Assembly (NCBI GenBank): GCA_965200865.1
Contig: CBDAVG010000002.1
Location: 1,903,337 to 1,967,336, forward strand
Reading direction: 5' to 3'
DNA length: 64,000 nt
DNA from: an uncultured candidatus Porisulfidus sp.
Lineage (GTDB): Bacteria > Pseudomonadota > Gammaproteobacteria > Poriferisulfidales > Oxydemutatoraceae
The translations under genes and the position numbers were made by a program. Below the pieces are notes generated by a model. The model had not been told where the DNA came from. It ran no database searches and saw only the letters and a program-made list of their open reading frames with translations. This document shows, piece after piece, positions 9,783-19,173 of the stretch (position 1 is its first letter; each line of letters starts with the position of its first letter).

Positions 9783-11597
9783 GGGACTGTTGAAAAAGTA
9801 GTTCTATCCTTGGAAACTACACCGCAATAATAAAAATCTTTGTGTAAACCAAAATCTGATCCAACGAAAATAAAAATCTAAAGAAACCGCTAGTCTCTTT
9901 AGGTTCTGGGCGGTCCCAGTTAGGTAGGCTTGGATCTGCACTTTATCCGAACCTCTATATTTTGCTCGCCTCAATCCATGCCGCTCCTTTGCCTCAGCAA
10001 ATAAACCCTCTATCTTCCAACTCCTTTCTATCATTCTTTGCTTAAATACTGGACTGCTTTGTCGTTGTCTCACTCGTTCTATCGCCTCTTTATGCTCATT
10101 TCGGTATAGACCCGTATGACGCCTGCCCAAGTAGCAACTGTTCTGCCATTGACAGCTATTACAATGTGCTTTCTTGATGTGATAATACTTCGTCGCACCG
10201 ACTGCATGTTTGGGGTGTAACGCATGACCCGCCTGACAGGTATAGATGTCTTTATTGGGGTCATACTGGAAACTGCCTTCATGGGCTACTTGCTTACCAG
10301 GTGTCAGACGAAACTTGGCAGTCGGGATATAGCTGCGGATCTGGTGTTCTTCAAAGAACTTATAATTCTTGCCACTGCTATAGCCGACATCTGCTATCAC
10401 TTCTTCAACCGGCAAGCCAAAGCGTTGTTGTTGATATTGAATCCTCTGTGTTATCACATTAGTCTCATGATAGGCACCCGTGGTCACATGGCAATCCGTT
10501 ATCACTCGGCTGGTTGCATCGGCACAATAATGCACCTTATGATATAACTTTCTTGGATACCCCGCACGATTGACTAGAGTCGCATCGCTGTCTACTTTAC
10601 TCACATGCGTGCGGTTGCTGACTTTTTCTCTTTTTACTACCGCAGTTGGCGAGACTGCGCTCTTGCTCTGCTGCTTGTCATCCTTAACTTCTACTGCTGG
10701 TGTTGGTTCTTCTCGCCTCTCCAGTTTCTGTGCCGATAGGTTTGTCTCGCCCGCACTCGCATCATCATCTACTTTATCGGCATGGTTGCTGACTTTTTCT
10801 TTTTTTACTACCGCAGTTGGCGAGACTGCGCTCTTGCTCTGCTGCTTGTCATCCTTAACTTCTACTGCTGGTGTTGGTTCTTCTCGCCTCTCCAATTTCT
10901 GTGCCGGTAGGTTCGTCTCGCCCGCACTCGCATCATCATCTACTTTATCGGCATGGTTGCTGACTTTTTCTTTTTTTACTGATGCAGTTTGTGATACTAC
11001 CTCCTGGCTTTGTTGCCTCTCATCCTTGACTGCTATTGCCGCAGTCGGCTGCTCTCGTCTCTCTAGTTTCCTCGCCGACGCATTCGCCTCAACTAAACTC
11101 GCATCTGTTATGATCCGTTTCCCTTCAACTAATCCAGCCTCACGGCATTGTTCTACGACACGCTCAAATATCGCCTCAAAACATCCCACACCTAATCGGT
11201 CGCGGATACGAGTTAATGACGAGTGATCCGGCACCACATCACTCATAGTTAATCCGACAAACCAACGATAGCCAATGTTCATTCCAACCTCGTCGCACAG
11301 TTGACGATCCGACTTAATCCCATAGAGTTGTCCTAATATACACATACGAAAAAATACCTCCGGGTCTATTGACGGTCTACCTTGCGTATCACTATAGAAA
11401 CTTTGGGTTAATTGTTTGACAAAGCTCAAGTCTAAAACTTTATCAATACGCCTTAATATGTGATAGCTGGGAATGAGTGCCTGATAGTCTATTTGGACAA
11501 ATAGTTCAGGCTGAAAATTATGATTGCCTTGCATAAAAACCTCCGATTGAATCAGTTATCTATTTTCGCTTATATCAAATACTTTTTCAACAGTCCC
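9783..11597 (-). mobile_element. Complete IS1182-family insertion sequence
   Basis: Perfect 18-bp TIRs GGGACTGTTGAAAAAGTA (9783-9800, 11580-11597) and a 4-bp duplication ACAT (9779-9782, 11598-11601). Confidence 0.93.
9804..11534 (-). CDS. IS1182-family DDE transposase with an internal 57-aa tandem repeat
   Basis: GRPSIDP, YRWFVG, PDHSSLTRIR, DAS, ADVGY, IEGLFAEAKERHGLRR motifs; 171-bp repeats at about 10610-11070. Confidence 0.92.
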   Translation of the reverse strand: MQGNHNFQPELFVQIDYQALIPSYHILRRIDKVLDLSFVKQLTQSFYSDTQGRPSIDPEVFFRMCILGQLYGIKSDRQLCDEVGMNIGYRWFVGLTMSDVVPDHSSLTRIRDRLGVGCFEAIFERVVEQCREAGLVEGKRIITDASLVEANASARKLERREQPTAAIAVKDERQQSQEVVSQTASVKKEKVSNHADKVDDDASAGETNLPAQKLERREEPTPAVEVKDDKQQSKSAVSPTAVVKKEKVSNHADKVDDDASAGETNLSAQKLERREEPTPAVEVKDDKQQSKSAVSPTAVVKREKVSNRTHVSKVDSDATLVNRAGYPRKLYHKVHYCADATSRVITDCHVTTGAYHETNVITQRIQYQQQRFGLPVEEVIADVGYSSGKNYKFFEEHQIRSYIPTAKFRLTPGKQVAHEGSFQYDPNKDIYTCQAGHALHPKHAVGATKYYHIKKAHCNSCQWQNSCYLGRRHTGLYRNEHKEAIERVRQRQSSPVFKQRMIERSWKIEGLFAEAKERHGLRRAKYRGSDKVQIQAYLTGTAQNLKRLAVSLDFYFRWIRFWFTQRFLLLRCSFQG

Positions 11598-12265
11598 ACA
11601 TGCCCTCCCGAACGCGTTGCGTCTGCACAATCAATACATTCATTCATTTCGTTTATGGTTACCCACCGTAGGGGAGGGCTAACATGCCCTCCCGAACGCG
11701 TTGCGTCTGCACAAGTAGAACCGCCGATTATCGCCGAGTGAACCCGCCACTTGAGCCAGTAGGTCAAGTGGCGTAACTTTGTGCAAAATCTAAATACTGT
11801 GTTCGTTAAAAACATCACATATATCAAAATCAATCGGCGTGACATTGTGCAGAACCTCAGCATGGTTGCTTGTCGTACATTATCCTTCGTACGCTATCCA
11901 ATTTATGGGAACCAAAACCCGAGTGGTGCATAGCGGTTGGAGTAGTGCAGAACGGTACTTTAGGGAGGGCATGTGGGGCTGTTGAAAAAGTATCGTCATC
12001 GCATGAACCTAACCGCTTGCGCCATTGAATTTAAGAAAATGGTAGGAGCGGATTTGCATATCCGCCCTACGGTACCGTCCTGCAAAACCGTAACCGCTTT
12101 GCGCCACAAGATTATGGCTTGCATAAATTTGATGGATGAATGTATAAATCGTGCAAGTACGTCGCGTTAGGGCGGATATATAAATCCGCCCCTACGGTTC
12201 AAGAAATACTTTTTCAACAGTCCCATGTTAGCCCTCCCCTACAGGTGGTTATCATAAGCGGTGCA

Positions 12266-14140
12266 TTACTGGTTTTTTAGTAGGCCCTCTAAAAACACCC
12301 TGACAACGAAAGTCGGTGGGCCCGGTCGAATAATGCTTACCCTATGAAGTTGTTTGGTATCGTCTTCTGCGGTCACCTCAACCTGAATTATGTTTTCACC
12401 AATGCCCAATAGGACACCGTGCTCTATGTTTAGCGTATCGTCAACCACATCAATTTCTGTTCCGTTTACTGTAAGCCTAGTGATCCTTGCTTCCGGGTGA
12501 TTCACCATGGCTGTCACCGTTGTACTCTCTACATCTTGACCCACTGTTAAGTTATATGCAGTGGTGCTAGAACTAAAAGCTAACTCAATATCTTCTAGCT
12601 CCAAACTAAGCAGAGTCGAATCGGAAGAAGATTCGGCAATAAGGAAAATACCAACCTGTGCCAGCATATAATCTATAATTTTCATACATTGGTCGTGTGT
12701 AAGTTTGTCAAAACGACTACTACCAAATGGGTTGTTATAGAAATCACAGTCTGACATGCCAAATAAAAAATTAGTCTTCATCAGGGCATCTAGATTTGCG
12801 TACCTTTGACCCTCGTTGACATTTTCATATAATCCTTTTATCTGCTCATTCAATGTCGTTTCCTTTGTTTCTCGCAAACGCCGCATCCATGTAGCAGTAC
12901 TAGCCATGTCTACTTGAGGAGCAAATGTCTCATTTGTAAGAGGAGAAATAAGGCGATAGAGCCGATTGCGGCCGCTTTCACTGTGGCAATTTTTACAGCT
13001 AACTTGGTTATAGATTTGCTCGCCTGACAACCTATCTGTTTGCTCCGCTGTCGTCAACTTATAAATAGTTATACTATAATTTTGCATGCTGCCATTTTCT
13101 GCTGTCACCTCAAGCTCAATCAGATTGTCAGCTAGACCTAAAACGACATCTCTATTCAGACTTGTCACGCTAATATTTTGCTCTGTAACTAGGGTCTGTG
13201 GTACACCTCTAACTATGGACTGTGATACATTTCTAAATTTTGTAATTCTTGCTCCCGGGTTATTCACCATAGCCGTTATCCTTTTTTGGATTCCAATATC
13301 ATTGTTAACTTCTAAGTTATATTTAGTTGTGGTGGGGTTAAAAGTAAAATCAATATCCTTTATTTTCAAACTAGATAGAGTTGCATCAGGGGAACCTGCA
13401 CGCACAATGTTTATAGTATAAATTGTTGGTATTTGACCTCCTCCTGAGCTCACCCGAACTTCAACTGCATTTGAACCTGTAGCTAATGTGATACCGGCAT
13501 TTATATGAAACGCCCCGGATATGCCAGTCTCTATAAGAAGCTCCCGGTCAGCTATATTCGTGGATGTTCCATTTACCGTAAGACCAGTAATCAATGCCGA
13601 CGCATTATCCGGCACAGCCGTCACCGTTGTATTCGCCACATCATGGGCGACATTTATGTTATATGAAGTTGTTGCGGGGTTAAAACTCAACTCAATACCC
13701 TCCAGGTTCAAACTGTACAGTGCCGATGCAGCTCTACGAGAAACAGGAATACGAACCTGCCTCAGCATGTAAGCTATAACTCGATTACAGTGATTAGCAC
13801 TTACAACTCCAGTATATCTCAGACCAGGACAGGGGAAGTGATTAGAGAGTGGTGTGCCATCATCATTTGTGCTTCTTCTGATATTCTCCTCCAGCTGTCG
13901 TAGCCCACCGGGTATCAAACGTTCCCTCCATTCAGCTTCGTTTTGCTGATTGATTATAGGGGCATTAACTTTTCCACCATCATCGTGGCAATTTGCACAC
14001 CTACCCCGATCACCAGCCTGATATAAAACTATACCCGACTGTGCAATAGCCGCATTTGCAAATAACAGTATCGGCACTAAAACCAATAATAAACTAGAGT
14101 GTCTCAATGAATACATTGTCAAATCCTTTGAAAGTCCCAT
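12266..14140 (-). CDS. Exported fusion of two c-type heme domains and three cadherin-like beta-sandwich domains
   Basis: Signal peptide; CANCH and CKNCH; repeats of L.SL.L.....FNP.TT.Y...V....IEVTAE.G....Y.I.I.R. Confidence 0.8.
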   Translation of the reverse strand: MGLSKDLTMYSLRHSSLLLVLVPILLFANAAIAQSGIVLYQAGDRGRCANCHDDGGKVNAPIINQQNEAEWRERLIPGGLRQLEENIRRSTNDDGTPLSNHFPCPGLRYTGVVSANHCNRVIAYMLRQVRIPVSRRAASALYSLNLEGIELSFNPATTSYNINVAHDVANTTVTAVPDNASALITGLTVNGTSTNIADRELLIETGISGAFHINAGITLATGSNAVEVRVSSGGGQIPTIYTINIVRAGSPDATLSSLKIKDIDFTFNPTTTKYNLEVNNDIGIQKRITAMVNNPGARITKFRNVSQSIVRGVPQTLVTEQNISVTSLNRDVVLGLADNLIELEVTAENGSMQNYSITIYKLTTAEQTDRLSGEQIYNQVSCKNCHSESGRNRLYRLISPLTNETFAPQVDMASTATWMRRLRETKETTLNEQIKGLYENVNEGQRYANLDALMKTNFLFGMSDCDFYNNPFGSSRFDKLTHDQCMKIIDYMLAQVGIFLIAESSSDSTLLSLELEDIELAFSSSTTAYNLTVGQDVESTTVTAMVNHPEARITRLTVNGTEIDVVDDTLNIEHGVLLGIGENIIQVEVTAEDDTKQLHRVSIIRPGPPTFVVRVFLEGLLKNQ

Positions 14141-14209
14141 GATTTTTGCTTATGAAGAGAATTCACCTTATCATAATCATAAGTTTTTTCAAGTAAAAGA
14201 GACAAGTGA

Positions 14210-14554
14210 GGCTGCATTTGTGCGGACACGCCACAACCACCCCGTCAGATAGAACCACCAATTGATTCAGCAGGTCAATCGGCGTGACACTTTGCATAAC
14301 TTTAACTTGATTGCTGAATTCGTACATTACAAAATGCAATATCCGCTTTGCGCCACCAAATTATGGTTACCGTAAATCAATGAATAGGACTGTTGAAAAA
14401 GTACCGTCATCGCACAAACCCAACCACTACGCGCTACAAGATTATGGTTTGCATAAATTTGATGGATGAATGTATAAATCGTGCAAATACGTCGCATTAG
14501 GGCGGATATATAAATCCGCCCCTACGGCATATGAAATACTTTTTCAATAGTCCC
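14210..14554. mobile_element. MITE/REP-like composite
   Basis: GGACTGTTGAAAAAGTA near 14387, TACTTTTTCAATAGTCCC ending 14554, internal TAGGGCGGATATATAAATCCGCCCCTAC hairpin. Confidence 0.8.
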
Positions 14555-14587
14555 ACATTGGGACATGCCCAATGCTCGGCACAAATG

Positions 14588-15262
14588 CTAAGATTTCTCT
14601 TGTTCGAGGTTTATTAAATAATCCAAAGCACTAATCAGCCGTTGGGAACTTCCTACCATGCTCGGAGAGGTAAGATAACGACCGTTGACTATAAAAGTTG
14701 GCACACTCTTTATGGCGTATTCGCGAACCAAGCGATCGGCTTTTTGGGTTTTGGTATTAACGATGAAGGAATTGTAGGCTTTACTAAATTTATCCTCAGA
14801 AATACCTGAACTAAAAGAGGCAAAGAACTCGGCTATTCTGTCTTCGCTAACCAAATCGCGCCTTTGCTGTCTGCCATGTATTGCATTGAAAAACACTTCA
14901 TGCAAGTCAAGCCGATCTAGACTTTCTAAGGCATAGTAGACCTTGGCATGGATGATCCATCGTTCACTGAATGTGCCAGGTACGCGTACAAGCTCCACAT
15001 TCTCAGGCATCCTCCAGTTTTTGATATAAGGTTCTACGGTGTAGCAATGCGGGCAACCGTACCAGAAAAATTCTATAACTTCGATTTTATCTTCACCGAC
15101 GGTGGTTTCCATACGCGGAGAAATAACCGTATAGTCGCTACCTTCGGCAAACTCCGCAGCAGATGCTAGAGGGCTTAGCAATGCAAGAATAAGGGCAACA
15201 CTCAATACAAAAAGAGTTCTAAAGATATAAGTCATTAGATTATTATGCAGCGAGATCATCAT
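14588..15262 (-). CDS. dsbA: Thiol:disulfide interchange protein
   Basis: EFFWYGCPHCY and VPTFIVNGRY; downstream of cytochrome c4. Confidence 0.93.
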   Translation of the reverse strand: MMISLHNNLMTYIFRTLFVLSVALILALLSPLASAAEFAEGSDYTVISPRMETTVGEDKIEVIEFFWYGCPHCYTVEPYIKNWRMPENVELVRVPGTFSERWIIHAKVYYALESLDRLDLHEVFFNAIHGRQQRRDLVSEDRIAEFFASFSSGISEDKFSKAYNSFIVNTKTQKADRLVREYAIKSVPTFIVNGRYLTSPSMVGSSQRLISALDYLINLEQEKS

Positions 15263-15891
15263 TAGTGCAACCCTTGCATATATGAAGAGACCGCCTCTAT
15301 TTCTTCGTCAGTCAATTTAGCAGCAATGCCGTTCATAATCTCCACGCCGGCATAAGCCTCAGCGGCACTGCGATATTTTTTAAGACGTTCAATCAAATAC
15401 ACGGCGTGTTGATACGAAACATTGGGGAAACCTGCTGCCGGATTGCCTTTGCCGTTAGGACCGTGGCACGAGATGCACGCGGGAATACCACTCTCGGCGT
15501 TACCACCTCTGTACAGTTTCTCGCCTGCTTCAACCAATTTTTCATCGGCAGCACCAGGGCTACGCACAACCGATTCATAATAGGCAGCCAAGTGTTTCAT
15601 ATCATCATCGGATAGCGCGGCGGCTTGCGGGTTCATCAGCGGGTTGACACGTTCATTATTTTTGAAATGTTGTAACTGCTTGATGATATATTGTGCCGAC
15701 TGACCAGCAATTTTAGGCCACTGCGGATTAACGCTATTGCCGTCAGGCCCGTGGCAAGCAGCACAAGACATGGATTTTGATTTGCCGAGTTCCACATCAC
15801 TTTGTGCGCCGACCATGGCACTTAATAAAAAGCTCAAGACAACTAAGCATATTTTGTATTTCATGTAACTACTTTTTCCTTTGGTTAGCAA
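15262..15891 (-). CDS. Diheme cytochrome c4
   Basis: CAACHG...WPKIAGQ and CISCHG; signal peptide. Confidence 0.93.
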   Translation of the reverse strand: MLTKGKSSYMKYKICLVVLSFLLSAMVGAQSDVELGKSKSMSCAACHGPDGNSVNPQWPKIAGQSAQYIIKQLQHFKNNERVNPLMNPQAAALSDDDMKHLAAYYESVVRSPGAADEKLVEAGEKLYRGGNAESGIPACISCHGPNGKGNPAAGFPNVSYQHAVYLIERLKKYRSAAEAYAGVEIMNGIAAKLTDEEIEAVSSYMQGLH

Positions 15892-15987
15892 ACTATAGTG
15901 GGTTTAATGACAAGAAAAAATGAAAAATATTCATATTCCATTCGTTTGTTAGTGTAATTATACTCTACTTGAGCAGGAATGATACAT

Positions 15988-16262
15988 AGGGTTGTCGAAA
16001 ATGTATTTCACGCACCGTAGGAGGTAATTGTCTAGTGCAGAACCACCACAACCACCCCGTCAGGCTTCGCCTGCCACCCCTCCAGAGGAGGGGAATGTAC
16101 TAATGCAAACACTTTTTCAACAGTCCCATGTTAGCCCTCCCCTACCGTTTTCATAAATTCAATGGCGCAAGCGGATATTGCATTTTGTAATGCATGCGTT
16201 TAACAATCATGTTGGGATTCTGCACAATGTCACGCCGATTGACCCACTGGCTCAATCGGCGA
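15988..16262. mobile_element. MITE/REP-like composite at the downstream edge of the T3SS operon
   Basis: GGGTTGTCGAAAATGTA end, CTTTTTCAACAGTCCC-ATGT junction, CCACCCCGTCAGGCTTCGCCTGCCACCCC module. Confidence 0.78.
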
Positions 16263-16263
16263 T

Positions 16264-17079
16264 TCAATTGCCATCATCGTCTAGATCGGGGTTTATATAT
16301 TGTTGGCGGGAGCGACCTTCTCCTTGACCGCCGCGTGTTTGTTGGCTGTCCTGTACCGACACATTAACAGTTTCGTTCGACAGTCGTTCACCTAATATCT
16401 TTTGTATATCCGGCTGCCTTTGTTCTATGAACATTTGGCTGTCTTTAGATCCGGTTAGGAATTCAACTTGCAGACTACCGGCGTGACGATAAATACGAAC
16501 TTCGGTGTTAGGCAATATGGATTCCTTTAAGTGAATACGGATCTCCTGCATCCCGGAAGGGTTATCGGCAGGGGAGGACACCAATATACGGTCGGCAATT
16601 TCACCGACAATTTTACTCAGATCGGCAGGGGGTGCAGGAGAAATTTCCTCAACCGACGCGGCACTCTGAAGCGGAGCATGGTTTTGGGCAATCATGGAAG
16701 CAATATCAAATGCATCTAGACTTTGCGGCAGTGCTTCTTGATCGTTTGACTTTTGTTTATCGTTAGGTGATACGGTTTTGCCCGCAAATGTTTGTTGATC
16801 GGTCGTTTTAGTCTGCCCGACTTGTTCAGTTTTGCCCGCAGGTGTTTGTCGGTCGGTCGTTTTAACCTGCCCGACTTGTTTCGCCAATTCATGCTCTATC
16901 TTATCCAGGAATTTATTGAGTTTTTGGGGTTTGGAAACTCCCTTAAATAAGGTACTTTTTTTATTGATTAAGGACGAAAACTGTTCGGCCGCTTCGTTAG
17001 ACACGTTGCGTGCATCGGGCTTATTGGACTCGTTGGTCGGAGCGGTATTTTTTTCACCGGAAGAGATTTTTTTTATCAT
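16264..17079 (-). CDS. sctP: T3SS needle-length regulator / substrate-switch protein (YscP-like)
   Basis: Low-complexity N-terminus and a T3S4-like C-terminal domain (RILVS...EIRIHL...LPNTEVRI); follows sctO. Confidence 0.8.
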   Translation of the reverse strand: MIKKISSGEKNTAPTNESNKPDARNVSNEAAEQFSSLINKKSTLFKGVSKPQKLNKFLDKIEHELAKQVGQVKTTDRQTPAGKTEQVGQTKTTDQQTFAGKTVSPNDKQKSNDQEALPQSLDAFDIASMIAQNHAPLQSAASVEEISPAPPADLSKIVGEIADRILVSSPADNPSGMQEIRIHLKESILPNTEVRIYRHAGSLQVEFLTGSKDSQMFIEQRQPDIQKILGERLSNETVNVSVQDSQQTRGGQGEGRSRQQYINPDLDDDGN

Positions 17080-17081
17080 CG

Positions 17082-17552
17082 TTAGTGTGCCGGGCGGATA
17101 TTGAATTCTTCGGCTTCAAGTTCTTCGCGCTTTTCAGTTTCGCGATTTTCAATAGTTTGCATAATATCTCTATACTCCTCGTATTTCTTGACTGTTTTAT
17201 AGGCTTCCATACGCGCGTGTCTAGCTTCCTCCAAATGCTCGGTTGCGTCGGTCACTGCAGTGCGCGCTTTTTCTATCTCTTCTTTAAGTTGTTGTTGCTT
17301 TTCTCTAAAAAATTTAATCTGATCTCTCATAATATTGAGGTTGTATGCGTGGACTTCTCTGTCTAAAACTTCTTGGTATAAGCGTTTTTCCTCTTTTTTG
17401 CGCCATACCACATAGTCGTCGTGGTCGGCGATTTTGGTATCCAAAATTTTCTGACACTGTTCAAGTTGCAGTTGTTTCTCCTTCATCACTTTTATCGCTT
17501 CGTCTTCTCGCAAACGTTTAACATGAAGTAATTCATCCAATAATACCGTCAT
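17082..17552 (-). CDS. sctO: T3SS stalk protein (YscO-like)
   Basis: Coiled coil, LLHVKRLRE..A start, EELEAEEF end; directly after the ATPase. Confidence 0.85.
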   Translation of the reverse strand: MTVLLDELLHVKRLREDEAIKVMKEKQLQLEQCQKILDTKIADHDDYVVWRKKEEKRLYQEVLDREVHAYNLNIMRDQIKFFREKQQQLKEEIEKARTAVTDATEHLEEARHARMEAYKTVKKYEEYRDIMQTIENRETEKREELEAEEFNIRPAH

Positions 17553-17556
17553 TTAT

Positions 17557-18882
17557 TCAACCCTCTATCACCGCATGCATCGCATCCAAAATTTCTTGCA
17601 TAGAAAAAACTTCGTTCACTCCTTGCGTTAAAAATTCATTGATAGCCTCTACTTTAGCCACCGCCTCATCTGCCACTTGGTCGCTCCCTTCTTTGTATTC
17701 GCCTATCTTGATCAATAGTTCCACTTCTTTGTATTTAGCAAGAAGCTCTCGCATCCGCCCTGCCAACTGCACATGTTCCTCATCCACGATGGCACTCATC
17801 ACGCGACTAACGCTTGCTAATACATCAACTGCAGGGTAATGATTTGCACTGGCTAGCTGACGCGACAATATAATATGCCCATCTAATATAGAGCGAGTTT
17901 CATCGGCAACCGGTTCTGTCATATCGTCGCCTTCTACAAGCACCGTGTATAGCGCGGTAATAGAACCTTTATCAGATTGTCCGGCGCGCTCCATCAGTTG
18001 CGGCAAGGTCGCAAAAACCGACGGCGGGAAGCCGCGCCGTGTCGGTGGTTCACCGGCAGCCAATCCAATCTCGCGTTGGGCGCGGGCAAACCGTGTCACC
18101 GAATCCATCAAGAATAAAACCCGTTTGCCTTGATCTCTAAAATACTCAGCAATCGCAGTCGCAACATAAGCTGCTTTGACACGCTCCATAGAAGGACGAT
18201 CTGAGGTTGCCACCACCACTACGGAGTGTTTTAGATTTTTCGCACCAATGTCGCGTTCTATAAACTCCCGCACCTCTCGCCCACGTTCTCCGATCAACGC
18301 AAGTATGGTCACATCAGCATCGGCACTTCTAACAAGCATTGACAGCAGGGTACTTTTACCGCCGCCGGCAGCAGCAAAAATACCCATTCTTTGCCCTTCG
18401 CCACAGGTCAACAAACCATCCAAGACCTTCAACCCCATAGGCAATGGTTTATCGATGATTTTTCTTTTCATCGGTTCCGGCGGATCTGCATAGACTGGAT
18501 AAAAGGTAGTGGTTTCCAAAGCCGGGCCACCGTCAAAAGGATGCCCTAAACCGTTTAATACTCTCCCCAAAATCTCCGCACCCACCGGTACTCTATGGGA
18601 GTGTCCGGTCGGTAGAACCTGCGTACTATTGGAAATACCGAGCATCTCACCCATTGGGGTCAGCAAAACACGGCGGTCTTCAAAACCGACAACCTCCGCC
18701 ATCAACGAACCTTTTTCACCAGGGTTGCGTAGCGTGCAAAGCTCGCCTATTTTTACACCCGGCACAACGGCACGTATCAAGGTGCCCGTAACTTCTAAGA
18801 CAAAACCACAGACTTCAAGTAGCTCGGCATGTTCAATCGTGTCTTCCAGAGCTTCGGTAATATAGTTAAAACTAGTGTTCAT
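17557..18882 (-). CDS. sctN: T3SS ATPase (YscN)
   Basis: [47 protein letters not shown] 18882 has a GAGGG RBS; the 18915 start lies inside a MITE. Confidence 0.96.
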   Translation of the reverse strand: MNTSFNYITEALEDTIEHAELLEVCGFVLEVTGTLIRAVVPGVKIGELCTLRNPGEKGSLMAEVVGFEDRRVLLTPMGEMLGISNSTQVLPTGHSHRVPVGAEILGRVLNGLGHPFDGGPALETTTFYPVYADPPEPMKRKIIDKPLPMGLKVLDGLLTCGEGQRMGIFAAAGGGKSTLLSMLVRSADADVTILALIGERGREVREFIERDIGAKNLKHSVVVVATSDRPSMERVKAAYVATAIAEYFRDQGKRVLFLMDSVTRFARAQREIGLAAGEPPTRRGFPPSVFATLPQLMERAGQSDKGSITALYTVLVEGDDMTEPVADETRSILDGHIILSRQLASANHYPAVDVLASVSRVMSAIVDEEHVQLAGRMRELLAKYKEVELLIKIGEYKEGSDQVADEAVAKVEAINEFLTQGVNEVFSMQEILDAMHAVIEG

Positions 18883-18900
18883 ATTGCCCTCGTATCGATT

Positions 18901-19153
18901 GGGACTGTTGAACAAGTACCGTCATTGTATGAACCCAGCCGCTTGCGCCATTGAATTTATGATAACCACCTGTAGGGGAGGGCACATGCCCTCCCTAAAG
19001 TACCGTTCTGCACTATTCCAACCGCTATGCGCCATTTGGTTTTGGTTCCCATGAACTGGGTGGTGTACGATTTCGTTTGTGCAAGCGCGTCGCGTTGCGG
19101 GAGGGCATGTTAGCCCTCCCCTACGGTTCATGAAATACTTTTTCAACAGTCTC
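18901..19153. mobile_element. MITE with a 20-bp flanking direct repeat
   Basis: TIRs start at 18901 and end at 19153; ATATTGCCCTCGTATC(G/A)AT(T/C) at 18881-18900 and 19154-19173. Confidence 0.87.
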
Positions 19154-19173
19154 ATATTGCCCTCGTATCAATC

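Larger units (their letters stand above)
9651..12250. repeat. Composite MITE/REP-like tract hosting the IS1182 and a nested MITE (11975-12224, ATGT duplication)
   Basis: Degenerate end at 9651. A unit of about 87 bp (CGTAGGGGAGGGCTAACATGCCCTCCCGAACGCGTTGCG...) is repeated on both sides of the IS. ATGT occurs at 11971-11974 and 12225-12228. Confidence 0.8.

Noticed and set aside
9651-12250. CRISPR array in the repeated palindromes
   Set aside because: The sequence between repeats is itself repeated, spacing is irregular and no cas genes are present. It is a REP/MITE composite.
18883-19155. sctN start at 18915 and the 77-aa ORF at 18922-19155
   Set aside because: Both start within MITE sequence. 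Similar short ORFs recur in other MITE copies (for example 11973, 29508, 54572, 57972) and have no coding signature.
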